A DNA stretch of 64,000 bases from a bacterium. GTDB taxonomy: Bacteria; Patescibacteriota; Minisyncoccia; Phycocordibacterales; VMGT01. The DNA is taken from contig JAUYPI010000018.1 of NCBI GenBank assembly GCA_030697645.1, forward strand, positions 10,457-74,456, read 5' to 3'. The position numbers and the translations under genes are program-made. This document shows, piece by piece, positions 49,518 to 59,486 of the stretch. The notes beneath the pieces are model-generated. The model had not been told where the DNA came from. It searched no databases and was given only the letters and a program-made list of their open reading frames with translations. Numbering within the stretch: position 1 is the stretch's first letter; each line of letters begins with the position of its first letter.

Positions 49518-50240
49518 TTATCTGCCATGACGCCTCGTGCGCTCGGCATACTGTTTAATCAGAGAAAAAAATTCCTTTTTTGAAAAAGCGGGCCAGTAAG
49601 TATCGGTGAAAAAAAGTTCGCTATACACCGACTGCCACGGCAAAAAGCCCGAGAGCCGATATTCCCCACTCGTACGAATAATCATATCTGGATCGGGAAA
49701 ATCCTTCGTCCATAATTTCTTCGTAAACAGCGTTTCATCGAGATGTATAGTTTCTGTTGGGGAAAGAGAGCGAATCGCCGAAATAATTTCCGCTCGTCCA
49801 CCATACGAGAGTGCCACACCAAGCGTCAGACCGGAAAATATCTTTGTTTTTTCTTCAACACGTTTCATCCCCGCCACCACATCAGGCGAAAAACGTTCTC
49901 GCTCACCGATAAAAATAACACGTGTTTTTTGTGTTGTTGCTGCCGTGAGCAAATCATTCATCATCGTGCGGAAAAGATCCATCAAATAACTGACTTCGTC
50001 TTGGGCACGATTCCAATTTTCCGTCGAAAACGCATAGACAATAACATGTGAAATGCCGATTTCCCGGGCCCATTCGATAAGCTTTTTGAGTTTCGCATAT
50101 CCTCGTCTATGCCCTTCGAATGTTGGCAGGCCCCGCGCACGAGCAAAGCGGCGGTTGCCGTCCATAATGATTCCGACGCAGCAGGGCACTGTTGTTGCTT
50201 TCTCGGGAATAGCACCGTCTTGTTTTTTTCTCCAAAGCAT
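49518..50240 (-). CDS. uppS: Undecaprenyl diphosphate synthase
   Basis: IMDGNRR, YAFSTENW.R, IRTSGE.RLS.FL.WQ. Confidence 0.95.
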   Translation of the reverse strand: MLWRKKQDGAIPEKATTVPCCVGIIMDGNRRFARARGLPTFEGHRRGYAKLKKLIEWAREIGISHVIVYAFSTENWNRAQDEVSYLMDLFRTMMNDLLTAATTQKTRVIFIGERERFSPDVVAGMKRVEEKTKIFSGLTLGVALSYGGRAEIISAIRSLSPTETIHLDETLFTKKLWTKDFPDPDMIIRTSGEYRLSGFLPWQSVYSELFFTDTYWPAFSKKEFFSLIKQYAERTRRHGR

Positions 50241-50245
50241 CGTAC

Positions 50246-50524
50246 TTAGTACACTATTCGGAAATCAGAATAGTTTCCCTGCGGCTCGTTCCATGCGACA
50301 GCGACATGCTCGACAGACGAAAGTAGAGGACCTTTTTTGAGGATCTCGATGAATGCTCGCAAGTCCTCTTCTCTTCCCTCCGCCTCCACTCGTACGGAAC
50401 CATCCGGCATATTTTGCACCGTCCCGACAAGGTGAAGCCGCCGAGCATTGCGTTTCGCAAAGTCGCGGTACATCACCATCTGCACACGGCCGGTAATGCG
50501 ACACAAAATTTCTTTCTGTTTCAT
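50246..50524 (-). CDS. acyP: Acylphosphatase
   Basis: GRVQMVMYR, G.VQN..DGSV. Confidence 0.9.
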   Translation of the reverse strand: MKQKEILCRITGRVQMVMYRDFAKRNARRLHLVGTVQNMPDGSVRVEAEGREEDLRAFIEILKKGPLLSSVEHVAVAWNEPQGNYSDFRIVY

Positions 50525-50618
50525 ACGTTGGCATTGCGCTCGGCGCTACAAGCATGCTATAAAAACGTGAGTTGTAAGCTCTACTCGAATCGAAGGCACC
50601 TCAGAAAAGGGAATACCC

Positions 50619-51251
50619 ATGCTCAAAAAAGTAGACCATGTGACCTATGCCGTGCTACCGGAGCGTATGCGTTTCTGGCTATGGTACCATATTGAAGTAG
50701 AAGGGGGGCGGCTCGTAACTAAGCTCGACGATGTAACTCCCGACGCACCGAGCAGTATGACGCTCTGCTGTATCGACTACGATGACGAATTCGGAATCGC
50801 GCTCGTCTCGGGTATTGACCGGGTGAAACGCTCGCAGGTGAGCGTCTTCGTTGAGCGACACGGAGATCACGCCGTCCAGCACGTGGCGTATGGCGTCGAA
50901 AACCTCGACGACTTTGTCAATCGGCTCTGCTCGCTCGGTGGACGGATGCGCGGTGAAATGATCACGCGCCATGACGGTTTCGGCCTGGTGAAGCAAGGCT
51001 TTGGGAAAGGATACGCGGCGTCCGGAGACCCGGCGGCAGACTCGTTCCCGGAGTACCTCGAGCGTCCTCCTCGTGCGCGGCGCAAGAAAGCCCGCATGCG
51101 GCCGCATATTACTTTTTCAGTAACCGCAGGGCGCGGATTCTACGAACAACTTGAACGCGCTCGCGCTACGGCTGACGCCGAGCCGCTCATCGACGAGTCC
51201 TCAATGCCATCCGATTGGACGATACCGGAGCCGCAAACAAAAACGCCGTAA
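50619..51251 (+). CDS. VOC protein resembling the C-terminal domain of 4-hydroxyphenylpyruvate dioxygenase
   Basis: DHV, SQV..F...HG..AVQHVAY, Q.F, E..ER. Confidence 0.6.
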   Translation: MLKKVDHVTYAVLPERMRFWLWYHIEVEGGRLVTKLDDVTPDAPSSMTLCCIDYDDEFGIALVSGIDRVKRSQVSVFVERHGDHAVQHVAYGVENLDDFVNRLCSLGGRMRGEMITRHDGFGLVKQGFGKGYAASGDPAADSFPEYLERPPRARRKKARMRPHITFSVTAGRGFYEQLERARATADAEPLIDESSMPSDWTIPEPQTKTP

Positions 51252-51352
51252 GCGATGCACGTAGCGTCTATGGCACCATCGCCCCGCCCGAGAGAGCGGG
51301 GCGTCTTCTGTGGGATTCTCGCGTTTACCACAGAAGACTGTGGTGGGCACGC

Positions 51353-51613
51353 TTATCCATACAATCGATCATGCGGGCCGATTTCGACAAAAACGACCGT
51401 GTCGCGATCGAGCTGTTTAAAAATGACTCGTAGGTCCCCGCCGACATTAAAGCCCCGGTACCCATCATATTTCCCGGCGAGCGGATGATTGTTGAGCAAC
51501 GGATGGAATTGATCCGCCAAAAAAAGATCGCGTCGCTCCTTGAATTTTCTTTTCTCGGCAAGACGGAGCAGCCGATACCTCTTCTCAAAACGCCTATGGA
51601 GAATAATAATCAT
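51353..51613 (-). CDS. YafQ/RelE-family toxin
   Basis: NHPLAGKY.G.R, GDLRVI, IGPHDRLY. Confidence 0.88.
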   Translation of the reverse strand: MIIILHRRFEKRYRLLRLAEKRKFKERRDLFLADQFHPLLNNHPLAGKYDGYRGFNVGGDLRVIFKQLDRDTVVFVEIGPHDRLYG

Positions 51614-51885
51614 AGCGCGTCGAGGTAGGCGTCCATTTTCGCGGCACTCGTAAACGCGGGCGAAAAATTTTTCTTCCTGCGAATATCACGATCAACGTCC
51701 ACCAACAGCCGCTCGAGCTCCGGCGACATGCGGGGGATAGTGGCGGCATACAGCGCTCGGCTCCGAATAAATTGGCGGAGCTGCGCATTCATCACCGCGG
51801 AGAGGGAGAGACCGAGCTCTCCCGCGATCTGCTGCGCGTTTTCTTTCACTTCCCGATCTGCCTTAATGTGAATGATTGTTTTCAT
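51610..51885 (-). CDS. RelB/DinJ-family antitoxin
   Basis: RHH-like N-terminus; ATGA overlap with the toxin. Confidence 0.85.
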   Translation of the reverse strand: MKTIIHIKADREVKENAQQIAGELGLSLSAVMNAQLRQFIRSRALYAATIPRMSPELERLLVDVDRDIRRKKNFSPAFTSAAKMDAYLDAL

Positions 51886-51943
51886 AACCTGAAGTATATA
51901 CGACGGTTACAGATGAGTCAAGCAGGCCTCTCGTACCTATCTC

Positions 51944-53173
51944 TCACACCACAATTTCTTCCCCTTTGTAGTGCCGCAGCGTCGGGAGCGCGCGGGCGAC
52001 GAGGAGTGTCGCGACGAGCGTCCCTATGCCGCCCGCGACGACCGAGAACGGTGCCGACGTCGCCGCGGCGAGAAGCCCGGCCTCGGCATCCCCGAGCTTC
52101 GGTCCCCCTGCTGCAAACAGAAGATTGATGCCGACCATCCGGCCCCGGAGGCGCCCGGGCGTCAGTGTGTGTCGAATCGTATTGCGCAGGATAACGCTCA
52201 CCATGTCGCCTGCCCCCGCGAGCGCGAGCAGCGCGAGCGAGAGATAAAAGGAACGTGAGAGCCCGAACCCGATCGTTGCAATGCCGTAGACGCTGACCGC
52301 TACAAGTATAATCCGCCCCTGATGTTCTATGTGTTTCAGGCCGGACAGCGCAAGTCCCGCAAGAATGGCGCCTGCGGACGTCGCCGCGTAGAGGATCCCA
52401 AGCCCCCGGGCGTCCACCGCGAGAATGTCCAGCGCGAAAATAGGCAGGAGCGACGTTGCGGATCCGAAAAACGTGGCAAAAAAATCGAGGAGGGTTGTCG
52501 AGAAAATAATCTTTGAGTTTTTGACGAATCGCACCCCTTCCACAAACGAGTGCACGCTAAATGACGCCCGTGCCTCGGCGTGGTGTGGGCGAATGTTGAG
52601 CGGGATAATGGTGAGTATCATCGCGACGAGCGCAACGCTGTTAAAGAAATAAATACTCTGCACGCCGTAGAGCGCGATGAGAAAGCCGGCGATCGCGGGG
52701 CCGACGATAACCGCTGCCTGCCGCGCGAGCGTGTTTAAGCTGACCGCGTTAAGAAGGTGCGTCTTGGGGATCAAATCTGGGATGATGGATTGCCGCACCG
52801 GCCCAAAGAAAGCCATCGCAGCAAAATTGCATGCCACCAGCGCAAAGAGCAGCGCCGGAGAAACTGCGCTAGACGCTGTTGTGAGAGCGAGGGTGAGAGC
52901 AACGAGGGCCAGGAAGACCTGGGTGGCAACCAAGAGTTTCTTTCTGTTCACGGTGTCCGCCGCGATCCCACCGACGCTCGAAAGCAGAAGAATCGGCAGA
53001 AAACTCACGACACCGATGAGCCCGAGCATCACGGCGGAGCGGGTCATCTCATACATCTGCCAGCTGATCGCAATAGCCTGCATCTGGGAACCCATCTGCG
53101 AGACAAAAAAGCCGGCGAGAAAGAGCCGGTATTCCCTGATGGAGAGTGACGAAAAAGGGGAAAGTTTTTTCAT
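51944..53173 (-). CDS. MFS transporter (EntS-like)
   Basis: About 12 TM segments, GGIAAD..NRK, LRGR. Confidence 0.9.
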   Translation of the reverse strand: MKKLSPFSSLSIREYRLFLAGFFVSQMGSQMQAIAISWQMYEMTRSAVMLGLIGVVSFLPILLLSSVGGIAADTVNRKKLLVATQVFLALVALTLALTTASSAVSPALLFALVACNFAAMAFFGPVRQSIIPDLIPKTHLLNAVSLNTLARQAAVIVGPAIAGFLIALYGVQSIYFFNSVALVAMILTIIPLNIRPHHAEARASFSVHSFVEGVRFVKNSKIIFSTTLLDFFATFFGSATSLLPIFALDILAVDARGLGILYAATSAGAILAGLALSGLKHIEHQGRIILVAVSVYGIATIGFGLSRSFYLSLALLALAGAGDMVSVILRNTIRHTLTPGRLRGRMVGINLLFAAGGPKLGDAEAGLLAAATSAPFSVVAGGIGTLVATLLVARALPTLRHYKGEEIVV

Positions 53174-53336
53174 AAAAAATAAGGTAACGAACGGAGGAGG
53201 TGGCATTGAACCTCGTCGCTCCGCTCCTCGCTCAGAACCCACGGTTCTAAACAGCTCCCCCCAGCCCTCTCTAGCGGGAAGGGCTGGGTCGCTGCTCTCC
53301 TGCACGGGGAACTCCCGTCTTCGGCGGGGCTCCCTT

Positions 53337-53708
53337 CTACATAGTAGCCCTATATGCCTTTATCCTATCCTTATCTTCGTTTTCCGATTCACCCTTGAAA
53401 TAAATCTCAATAAACTCGACCTTCAGTGTTTGGACATGGAAAGCGTAGATGATCCTGATCCCACTTTTCACTCCACGTCCCTTCAATGCCTTACAAGCAA
53501 ATTTTTTGAGTTTGCAAATTAGAACCTCGTCAGTACAGAATTGCGGCATCGGGAAGATTGCCTGCTTATTGATCTTTTGGGTGTGGTAAAGCTCAGTGGC
53601 GAACGCCTTGGCAACCTCAATATCTTCGTTGAGGGAGTGAAATTTCTTGAGAAGTCTCTTGAGATCACGCTCAAATTCTTCCGTGGAGCTATAAGTCAGT
53701 TTCGTCAT
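53337..53708 (-). CDS. RelE-like toxin
   Basis: FERDLKRL.KK, KSGIRIIY, IYFKG. Confidence 0.75.
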   Translation of the reverse strand: MTKLTYSSTEEFERDLKRLLKKFHSLNEDIEVAKAFATELYHTQKINKQAIFPMPQFCTDEVLICKLKKFACKALKGRGVKSGIRIIYAFHVQTLKVEFIEIYFKGESENEDKDRIKAYRATM

Positions 53709-54468
53709 AGATCCGTACGGAAGTTTCCGGAGTTCGATAAAAGACAGATTCGTATTTTATGATTTGCCCCTCTTCGGTCCCAAGCCAGGGCACATCTTTA
53801 TGAGAGTAGTCGCTCAATTCAGTCGCGGTTTTATCGGAAAGTCGAGAAAGCACTTCGTCTATATGTTTGATTTCTTGGGCATTTAGGACGGAAATATCAG
53901 CATCTCTTCGCGGAAGATACTTGGTTTGCTCGTGTTGAAAATACTTGCTCTTGACCGTCTCTAGTTCGCCTTTCTTCTCCATTGACTCAACGATCTTCTT
54001 AAACTCAACTGGAGTCGGTCCGAAATGATTCCGTGTGTATGTTGCTCCAATGAGCTGTTCTTCAAACTTTTCGTAAAAATCAAAGTCAATAAAGTAGAGT
54101 AGCTTATACAGCACCGTCATACCGACATTTGGTTTACTGCCGACTTTCTTAAGTATATAAAGCAAAACCTCCTTGAACTTTTTAACATGACGTTGGGGCA
54201 CATCAATACGCATCTCCTGTTTCGGGGAGCTGTGGGCTTTTTCACTTAAAGAAACTTTGACGTCCGGAGCTACCTTGCCTGCAATCAGATCTGAAAATGA
54301 AATATTAAAAATTTGGGCGATCTTGTTCGCCTGGGAGAGAGTGAGTTCTTTTGCCCCCTTCTCAATTTCTATATAACTCGCACGAGAAACACCGATTTTA
54401 TCAGCCACAAAAGCCTGCGAAAGCCCCTGCTTATTACGCAGTTCTAGTAGAAAATAGTGCTTAATCAT
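53689..54468 (-). CDS. XRE-HTH + SocA/Panacea (DUF4065) antitoxin
   Basis: HTH N-terminus; KLLYFID, GP.P, SH.D.PW. Confidence 0.85.
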   Translation of the reverse strand: MIKHYFLLELRNKQGLSQAFVADKIGVSRASYIEIEKGAKELTLSQANKIAQIFNISFSDLIAGKVAPDVKVSLSEKAHSSPKQEMRIDVPQRHVKKFKEVLLYILKKVGSKPNVGMTVLYKLLYFIDFDFYEKFEEQLIGATYTRNHFGPTPVEFKKIVESMEKKGELETVKSKYFQHEQTKYLPRRDADISVLNAQEIKHIDEVLSRLSDKTATELSDYSHKDVPWLGTEEGQIIKYESVFYRTPETSVRIYDETDL

Positions 54469-54722
54469 GGTTTGAGTATAGCAAACGGGAATAAGTTGTC
54501 AAGTATTCCGACAATCTAACTGTTGATAATCTTGACAACGAAAATGCGAGGAGTAAAATAGCAAAAGAGTGGCACTGTTGCGGCAGTAACCACTCGATCA
54601 TTCGGAAAGGCTTTTTAGCCCTTTGGGGCCTTCCGGCCTATCTCTGCACAATGCGATCCAACAATTTCATTCTAACAGACCTAGACTCATTAACAAACAA
54701 GGGTTATAAACTTCTTCACAAA

Positions 54723-54929
54723 ATGCCCTATTACACTCGTAATACTGGCAAACCGTGGAAGGCACAAGACGTTTCCCAACTCAGGCAACTGATTCATCAA
54801 AATGCCCCGACGCGGGTAGCCGGATTCAAACTTGGGAGAACTGATGATGCAGTCAGGGCCGAGGCAAGCAAAATAGGCCTCAGTCTCAAACCGGCAAATC
54901 AGTCCCCGTACACTCGCCGTAAGTCGTAG
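54723..54929 (+). CDS. Small HTH/Myb-like hypothetical protein
   Basis: RNTGKPW...L..L...TRV..KLGRT..AV..SLKP.NQSPY; terminator follows. Confidence 0.7.
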   Translation: MPYYTRNTGKPWKAQDVSQLRQLIHQNAPTRVAGFKLGRTDDAVRAEASKIGLSLKPANQSPYTRRKS

Positions 54930-55003
54930 GTAATAAAAGAGGAGCAGAGCCGCAACCTGCTCCTCTTTTATTTCCCAGATTTAGTTCGATTATCTTGTTT
55001 GCA

Positions 55004-55602
55004 TTACCGATTTCCTTTTGCCCGGTTGTGTGTTTTGCACAACATCTGGCAATTTTCGACGATAGTTTTACCGCCTTCATGCCAAGGAGTAATGTGATCT
55101 GCTTCCATTTCTGAAATATCGTACTTCTTCTTACAAAATGGGCAAATACCATTTTGCCGCTCGTATGCTTCGCGCTTCATCTTGTCGGTAAAAGCACGGA
55201 TTGAAAGATAGTTCTCTCGTCTTGTCAGAACATACGGATAAATACCGGATTTTTTGGTAACATCCTCGTCTTGCATTAACTCTTTAATTTCGGTTTCCAG
55301 TTTAGCGGCGTTTAGTTTCTTATCTTTGTATTGGTTGTGTAGTTCTCCCCAATTTACATGCGCCATTTCATGTCGATAATTTGGAAAAGTTTTTCGCACC
55401 CACGCAATCACATCTTGGAAGTATTGCCACAACTCATCAGCATTTCTGTCGTGCTGATGTTTGGCCATATAATCTTCTATTTTGCCGTCATTTATCCATG
55501 AAAGCGTGGTTTCTAAGTATTCTTGCCGGATTGGTGAGCCGCTAACTAATTGTCCGCCGTCATTCGCTAACAGATACGCCGCACAGTTTGATTTGCTGAA
55601 TT
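55004..55602 (-). pseudogene. 3' remnant of a DUF262-HNH-type nuclease
   Basis: CPFC, ADHITPW..GGKT...NCQMLC..HN; frame is open upstream of the ATG up to the junction near 55602. Confidence 0.75.
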
Positions 55603-56057
55603 TTAAAGATTTCTTTGTAAGTAATCGCGTTTTGATTACCCATAATTAAGAACTTTTTCTTGTGCTTTACTAGTTGAGCAACATATTCACGGAATAAAGA
55701 AAATGGAGGGTTGGTTATGACTATATCGGATTGCTTGAGTGATTCGATGCATTCGTCGCTCCGAAAGTCACCACTACCACGCAGAGGGGTTGCGGTGTTC
55801 TTGTCGTGTTTGAGCAAATACTTAACGTCATCAAGATTTATCGCTCCATCCTTGTCGATATCCGGCACTTTTGTAATTTCAATTTTGAAAGGTTGTTTGC
55901 CTTTTGATCCAGCCACTTCAAATAACGGTAATTGCCCTCCAACAATCGGTGAACCGCTGTAGCTTGTAGTGATGAGCTTTTTCAGCCCGAGAGCGTTGAA
56001 ATTAGATGCAAAGTATTTGAAAAAGTTGCTCTCATGTGGATCATCGCAATTACAATA
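55603..56057 (-). pseudogene. Internal fragment of an EcoRI-family adenine methyltransferase
   Basis: CNCDDP..SNF, GDFRS.EC, TNPPFSLFREY, NAITYKEIF; both ends missing. Confidence 0.8.
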
Positions 56058-56156
56058 TTATTTCAAGAGCTCGTCGCTTGTTACTCCCAACGCTTGGGCG
56101 ATTTTTTCAATGGTGGCAAGCGTGGGATTGCCTTTGCCTGCCTCAATATTGCTCAT
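56058..56156 (-). pseudogene. C-terminal half of an XRE/controller-protein HTH
   Basis: SNIEAGKGNPTLATIEKIAQALGVTSDELLK*. Confidence 0.7.
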
Positions 56157-56333
56157 TTTTTCAATTTTGGCGGAGGAGGTGGGATAGAACCGTTTGGAAA
56201 CCCACGGTTTTCCAACGTTCGCTCACTCCGTTCGCTCACTGCCTTCCTCCACGGGGAACTCCCGTTCCCCGACCCCCTCCCGTTCGAATCCCACCTCCTC
56301 TCGCAAAATATATTCGCTGCGCTCGGTATTTTG

Positions 56334-56417
56334 CGGTGGAGGTGGTATTCGAACCCACGAGGCCTTGCGGCCGGCTGTTTTCAAAACAGCTGGAATAAAC
56401 CACTATCCGACTCCTCC
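56334..56417 (-). tRNA. tRNA-Ser(TGA) with two mismatches in its 3' end
   Basis: GCTGT-TTTGAAA-ACAGC, long variable arm; A.A mismatch in acceptor and G.A in T-stem. Confidence 0.85.
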
Positions 56418-56455
56418 AGTGTGTATGGAATGTGTGATAGTATAGCATGGAGCGC

Positions 56456-56905
56456 ATGAGATTTTTAGGCATTGACTATGGCACGAAACACGTTGGGATC
56501 GCGATTTCCGATGAGCGGGGAGCGGTTGCGTTTCCGAAGGCGGTGCTTGTGAACATTCCCGGCGTCGTTGATGAGATCGCAGCTCTGGCGCAGGCGGAGG
56601 GAGTTCAGGGCGTCGTGGTCGGAGAATCGCGTCGCGCGGATGGGGGAGAGAATGCGCTTCAGCGCGAGATAGTTCGATTTAAACACACGCTCGAGAGCGC
56701 GCTGCCGGGCGTGTCTGTTTCTCTACAGCACGAGGGGATGAGTACGCAGAGCGCGCGGGTGGCGCCTAAGGCGCGGCGTGGCGTTCTCTCGCGAGAGCGC
56801 CGCGCTCCGGCGGCCGCGGCGCGTCGGCGTGAGCCCGCTGATGCTCGTGCCGCGGCAGTGATTTTACAGCGGTTTCTTGATCGACAGTCTCACACTAAAA
56901 GCTAG
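56456..56905 (+). CDS. ruvX: YqgF/RuvX nuclease
   Basis: LGIDYG.K.VGIAISD, VVGE, EGMST, DA.AA..IL. Confidence 0.9.
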   Translation: MRFLGIDYGTKHVGIAISDERGAVAFPKAVLVNIPGVVDEIAALAQAEGVQGVVVGESRRADGGENALQREIVRFKHTLESALPGVSVSLQHEGMSTQSARVAPKARRGVLSRERRAPAAAARRREPADARAAAVILQRFLDRQSHTKS

Positions 56906-56930
56906 AAGCTAACAGCTAAAAGCTAAGTCC

Positions 56931-57254
56931 GTGGTTTCCTTCGACGATTTTCAAAAACTTGATGTTCGCATCGGTACCATTGTTTCTGCCGAGCGCGTCG
57001 TGGGGAGCGACAAACTCCTCAAGCTCACCGTGGATATCGGGGAGTCCTCACCGTGCCAGATCATTGCCGGCATCGCGGCGTTCGTTCGGCCCGAGGCGCT
57101 TGTCGGAGCGCAGTGTCCGTTCGTGGCAAACCTTGAGCCGCGGATGATTCGCGGCCTCGAGAGCCAAGGGATGCTTCTCGCGATAGACGCGGAGGAGGGA
57201 TTCGCACTCCTCCACCCGAGCCGTGCTGTAGCGACAGGCAGCAGGGTACGGTAG
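56931..57254 (+). CDS. tRNA-binding OB-fold protein (CsaA/MetRS C-terminal-like)
   Basis: FDDFQKLDVRIG, NLEPR.IRG.ESQGMLL. Confidence 0.88.
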   Translation: MVSFDDFQKLDVRIGTIVSAERVVGSDKLLKLTVDIGESSPCQIIAGIAAFVRPEALVGAQCPFVANLEPRMIRGLESQGMLLAIDAEEGFALLHPSRAVATGSRVR

Positions 57255-57370
57255 TCCAGTGGCAACTGTGTATCCGGTGGACAATGAATCCGCGATTCAG
57301 ATGTCCCCCCGTCATTTCTAAATCCGAAGTCTGGATATGGAGATCAAACATACCCAGAATACCAAGCTCG

Positions 57371-57510
57371 AATTTCCAAATTCCAAAAAACAAGTTCCAA
57401 ACAAATCACAATACTCAAAATCCAATTTCCAAACACGACGTGCGTGTTTGGGATTTGATGCATTGAAATTTGAAATTTGTTTGGAACTTGTTGGTTGGAG
57501 CTTGGAGTTT
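57371..57510. repeat. Family B heptad element
   Basis: Near reverse complement of 437-577. Confidence 0.85.
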
Positions 57511-57668
57511 ATGACTCGGAGTCTCGGGTCGGCAATTTCGTTATTCACCGTGCTCATATTCTTGCTCCACTCGAATGCGGGAAGCGTACGAGGTTCTCAA
57601 CAGGCGCATGGTAGAGCTCGCTCACGCGGCGCGGTATACTAGAGGTGCGGCAGACCTTTGCCTCTACC

Positions 57669-58811
57669 ATGGCAGCTACAGTGCTCACTCACACGCCTGC
57701 GCTCCGCGGCGCCTCTCTCGGTGATCGGATTCTTGACTGGTTTCCGGCGCCGAAACTGCTTGCGCTGCCTGCAATAGGCATTGACATCTCAGAGAGCGCC
57801 GTTCGCTACATAGAGCTTTGCCGTACGGCAGCAGGCGTGAGGCTTGGTTCCTTTGGCGACATTGCTCTTGGAGCAGGCACATTCCAGAGTGGCGGCATCG
57901 CAGATCGTGCACGGGTCGTGGACGCGCTGCGGCGCGTGCGCAGCGTGATCCGTACTCCCTACGTGTGGGCTTCTCTACCGACTGAGAGGGCATACATTTT
58001 CGAGGTCGCACTGCCATCGCGCACTATTGGATATGCTGATCTGCGGCGAACGATTGAGTTCCACCTCGAGGAGCACGTGCCGCTTGCCTCACGTGACGCT
58101 ATCATCGATGTTGTCACCGCAGATCTGCTCGCCCCCTTGGCCGGGGCCGCCGTCGTTGCAGTGCCGGCTACACTGGCCGAGGAGTATCTCGGCGTTTTTC
58201 ATGAGAGCGGGCTGCGCCCGCTCTCGCTTGAAGTCGCTGCGGAGGCCGTAGCGCGCGCTCTTGTGGTCCCCGGGGATGCCGAGACCGTCCTCATCCTGCG
58301 TATGGGGAGCGACCGTACGTCCCTCATCTTCGCCCGCTCTGCGGTGGCGTTGTTCGCCTCGACGATTGAGTTTGGTGGAGCGGCGCTTACGGCCGCGCTC
58401 GCACATGAGCTCGGGATCGTCGTGGATGAGGCGGAGCGTCTTAAGCGCGAGAGCGGGCTCATCGCGAGTGCGGAGAATAAGCGCATCTCTACGACGCTCG
58501 GCGAGCATGTAGGCGTTCTTGTCAAGGAGGTCGCGCGTTACATCGGGTACTGGAGTACGCACGGAGCCGAGACGCCGAGCGGCGAGGCTCTAAAAGCTGG
58601 CCGGCAGGGCGTCTCCCGCGTGTATCTCTGCGGCGGCGGGGCAAATCTTCGCGGTCTCGCGTCACATCTCAGCTCCGCGCTCGCTCTCCCGGTCTCTCTT
58701 GCCGATGTGTGGACGAGCTGTTTTTCGCTCGACGAGTATATTCCGACGCTCCCGCGGCACGAATCACTGGCGTATTGCGCTGCAGTCGGCCTTGCCCTCC
58801 GAGGGCTGTGA
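57669..58811 (+). CDS. pilM: Type IV pilus assembly protein PilM
   Basis: IGIDIS, FGG, LCGGGANL.GL, AVGLALRG. Confidence 0.88.
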   Translation: MAATVLTHTPALRGASLGDRILDWFPAPKLLALPAIGIDISESAVRYIELCRTAAGVRLGSFGDIALGAGTFQSGGIADRARVVDALRRVRSVIRTPYVWASLPTERAYIFEVALPSRTIGYADLRRTIEFHLEEHVPLASRDAIIDVVTADLLAPLAGAAVVAVPATLAEEYLGVFHESGLRPLSLEVAAEAVARALVVPGDAETVLILRMGSDRTSLIFARSAVALFASTIEFGGAALTAALAHELGIVVDEAERLKRESGLIASAENKRISTTLGEHVGVLVKEVARYIGYWSTHGAETPSGEALKAGRQGVSRVYLCGGGANLRGLASHLSSALALPVSLADVWTSCFSLDEYIPTLPRHESLAYCAAVGLALRGL

Positions 58812-58835
58812 TAAGAGGAGCTAGAGGAAATAATA

Positions 58836-59393
58836 ATGTCAAATCTTCTTCCGATAGTAGAAAAACGATTATTGCTGCGCGAGTATCGGCTCCGCACGGG
58901 AATCGCGATCCTGTATTTTCTCGGAGCGCTTGCGGCGATCGGCGCCGTTGCGCTCATCCCCTCGCTCGTGCGCGTCCACTCGCTCGTTTCCTCGGTGGAG
59001 CGTGCGCGACAATTCGAGGAGAAAACCCTTGAGCAACTCGGCGCCTCCGCTGTCGCACATGGCTTCCGGGAAGCGAACGAGGAACTTGCCTCACTCGCGT
59101 CTATCCTCACAGAGCCCGAGCTCGCGGTTCTCGTGCATACCGTTGCGGTCGTTCGTCCTGCCAGCGTTTCTATTCAGAGCATTGCGTATGAACCGAAGGG
59201 CGATGGAGCTGGATCGCTTACCCTCGGCGGTACGGCGATGCTTCGGGATGATCTGCTGCAGTTCGTCGAGGCGCTCCGGCGCGAGGCGGCGTTCGTCGCC
59301 GTCAATCTTCCGATCGGCGCCCTCGCGCGTGAGCGCGACGCGAATTTCACTATTTCGGTTAAGCTTGCGGAGAAGGAGCGGACGGGGGAGTGA
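58836..59393 (+). CDS. pilN: PilN-like protein
   Basis: N-terminal NLLP, TM, G.A..R..L.FV..L. Confidence 0.8.
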   Translation: MSNLLPIVEKRLLLREYRLRTGIAILYFLGALAAIGAVALIPSLVRVHSLVSSVERARQFEEKTLEQLGASAVAHGFREANEELASLASILTEPELAVLVHTVAVVRPASVSIQSIAYEPKGDGAGSLTLGGTAMLRDDLLQFVEALRREAAFVAVNLPIGALARERDANFTISVKLAEKERTGE

Positions 59394-59486
59394 GATGTGC
59401 AGGACGCAAGGCCTGAAAGCCGATGTTCCCAAATAATCAATAAGCAAGATATAAAAAGTTCAAATGCCAAAATCGAAATGTCAACG

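Noticed and set aside
53174-53305. N-terminal extension of the MFS ORF (likewise extensions at 15110, 22266, 24292, 31634)
   Set aside because: Extensions run through repeats, att-like scars or opposite-strand genes; downstream ATGs fit family starts better.
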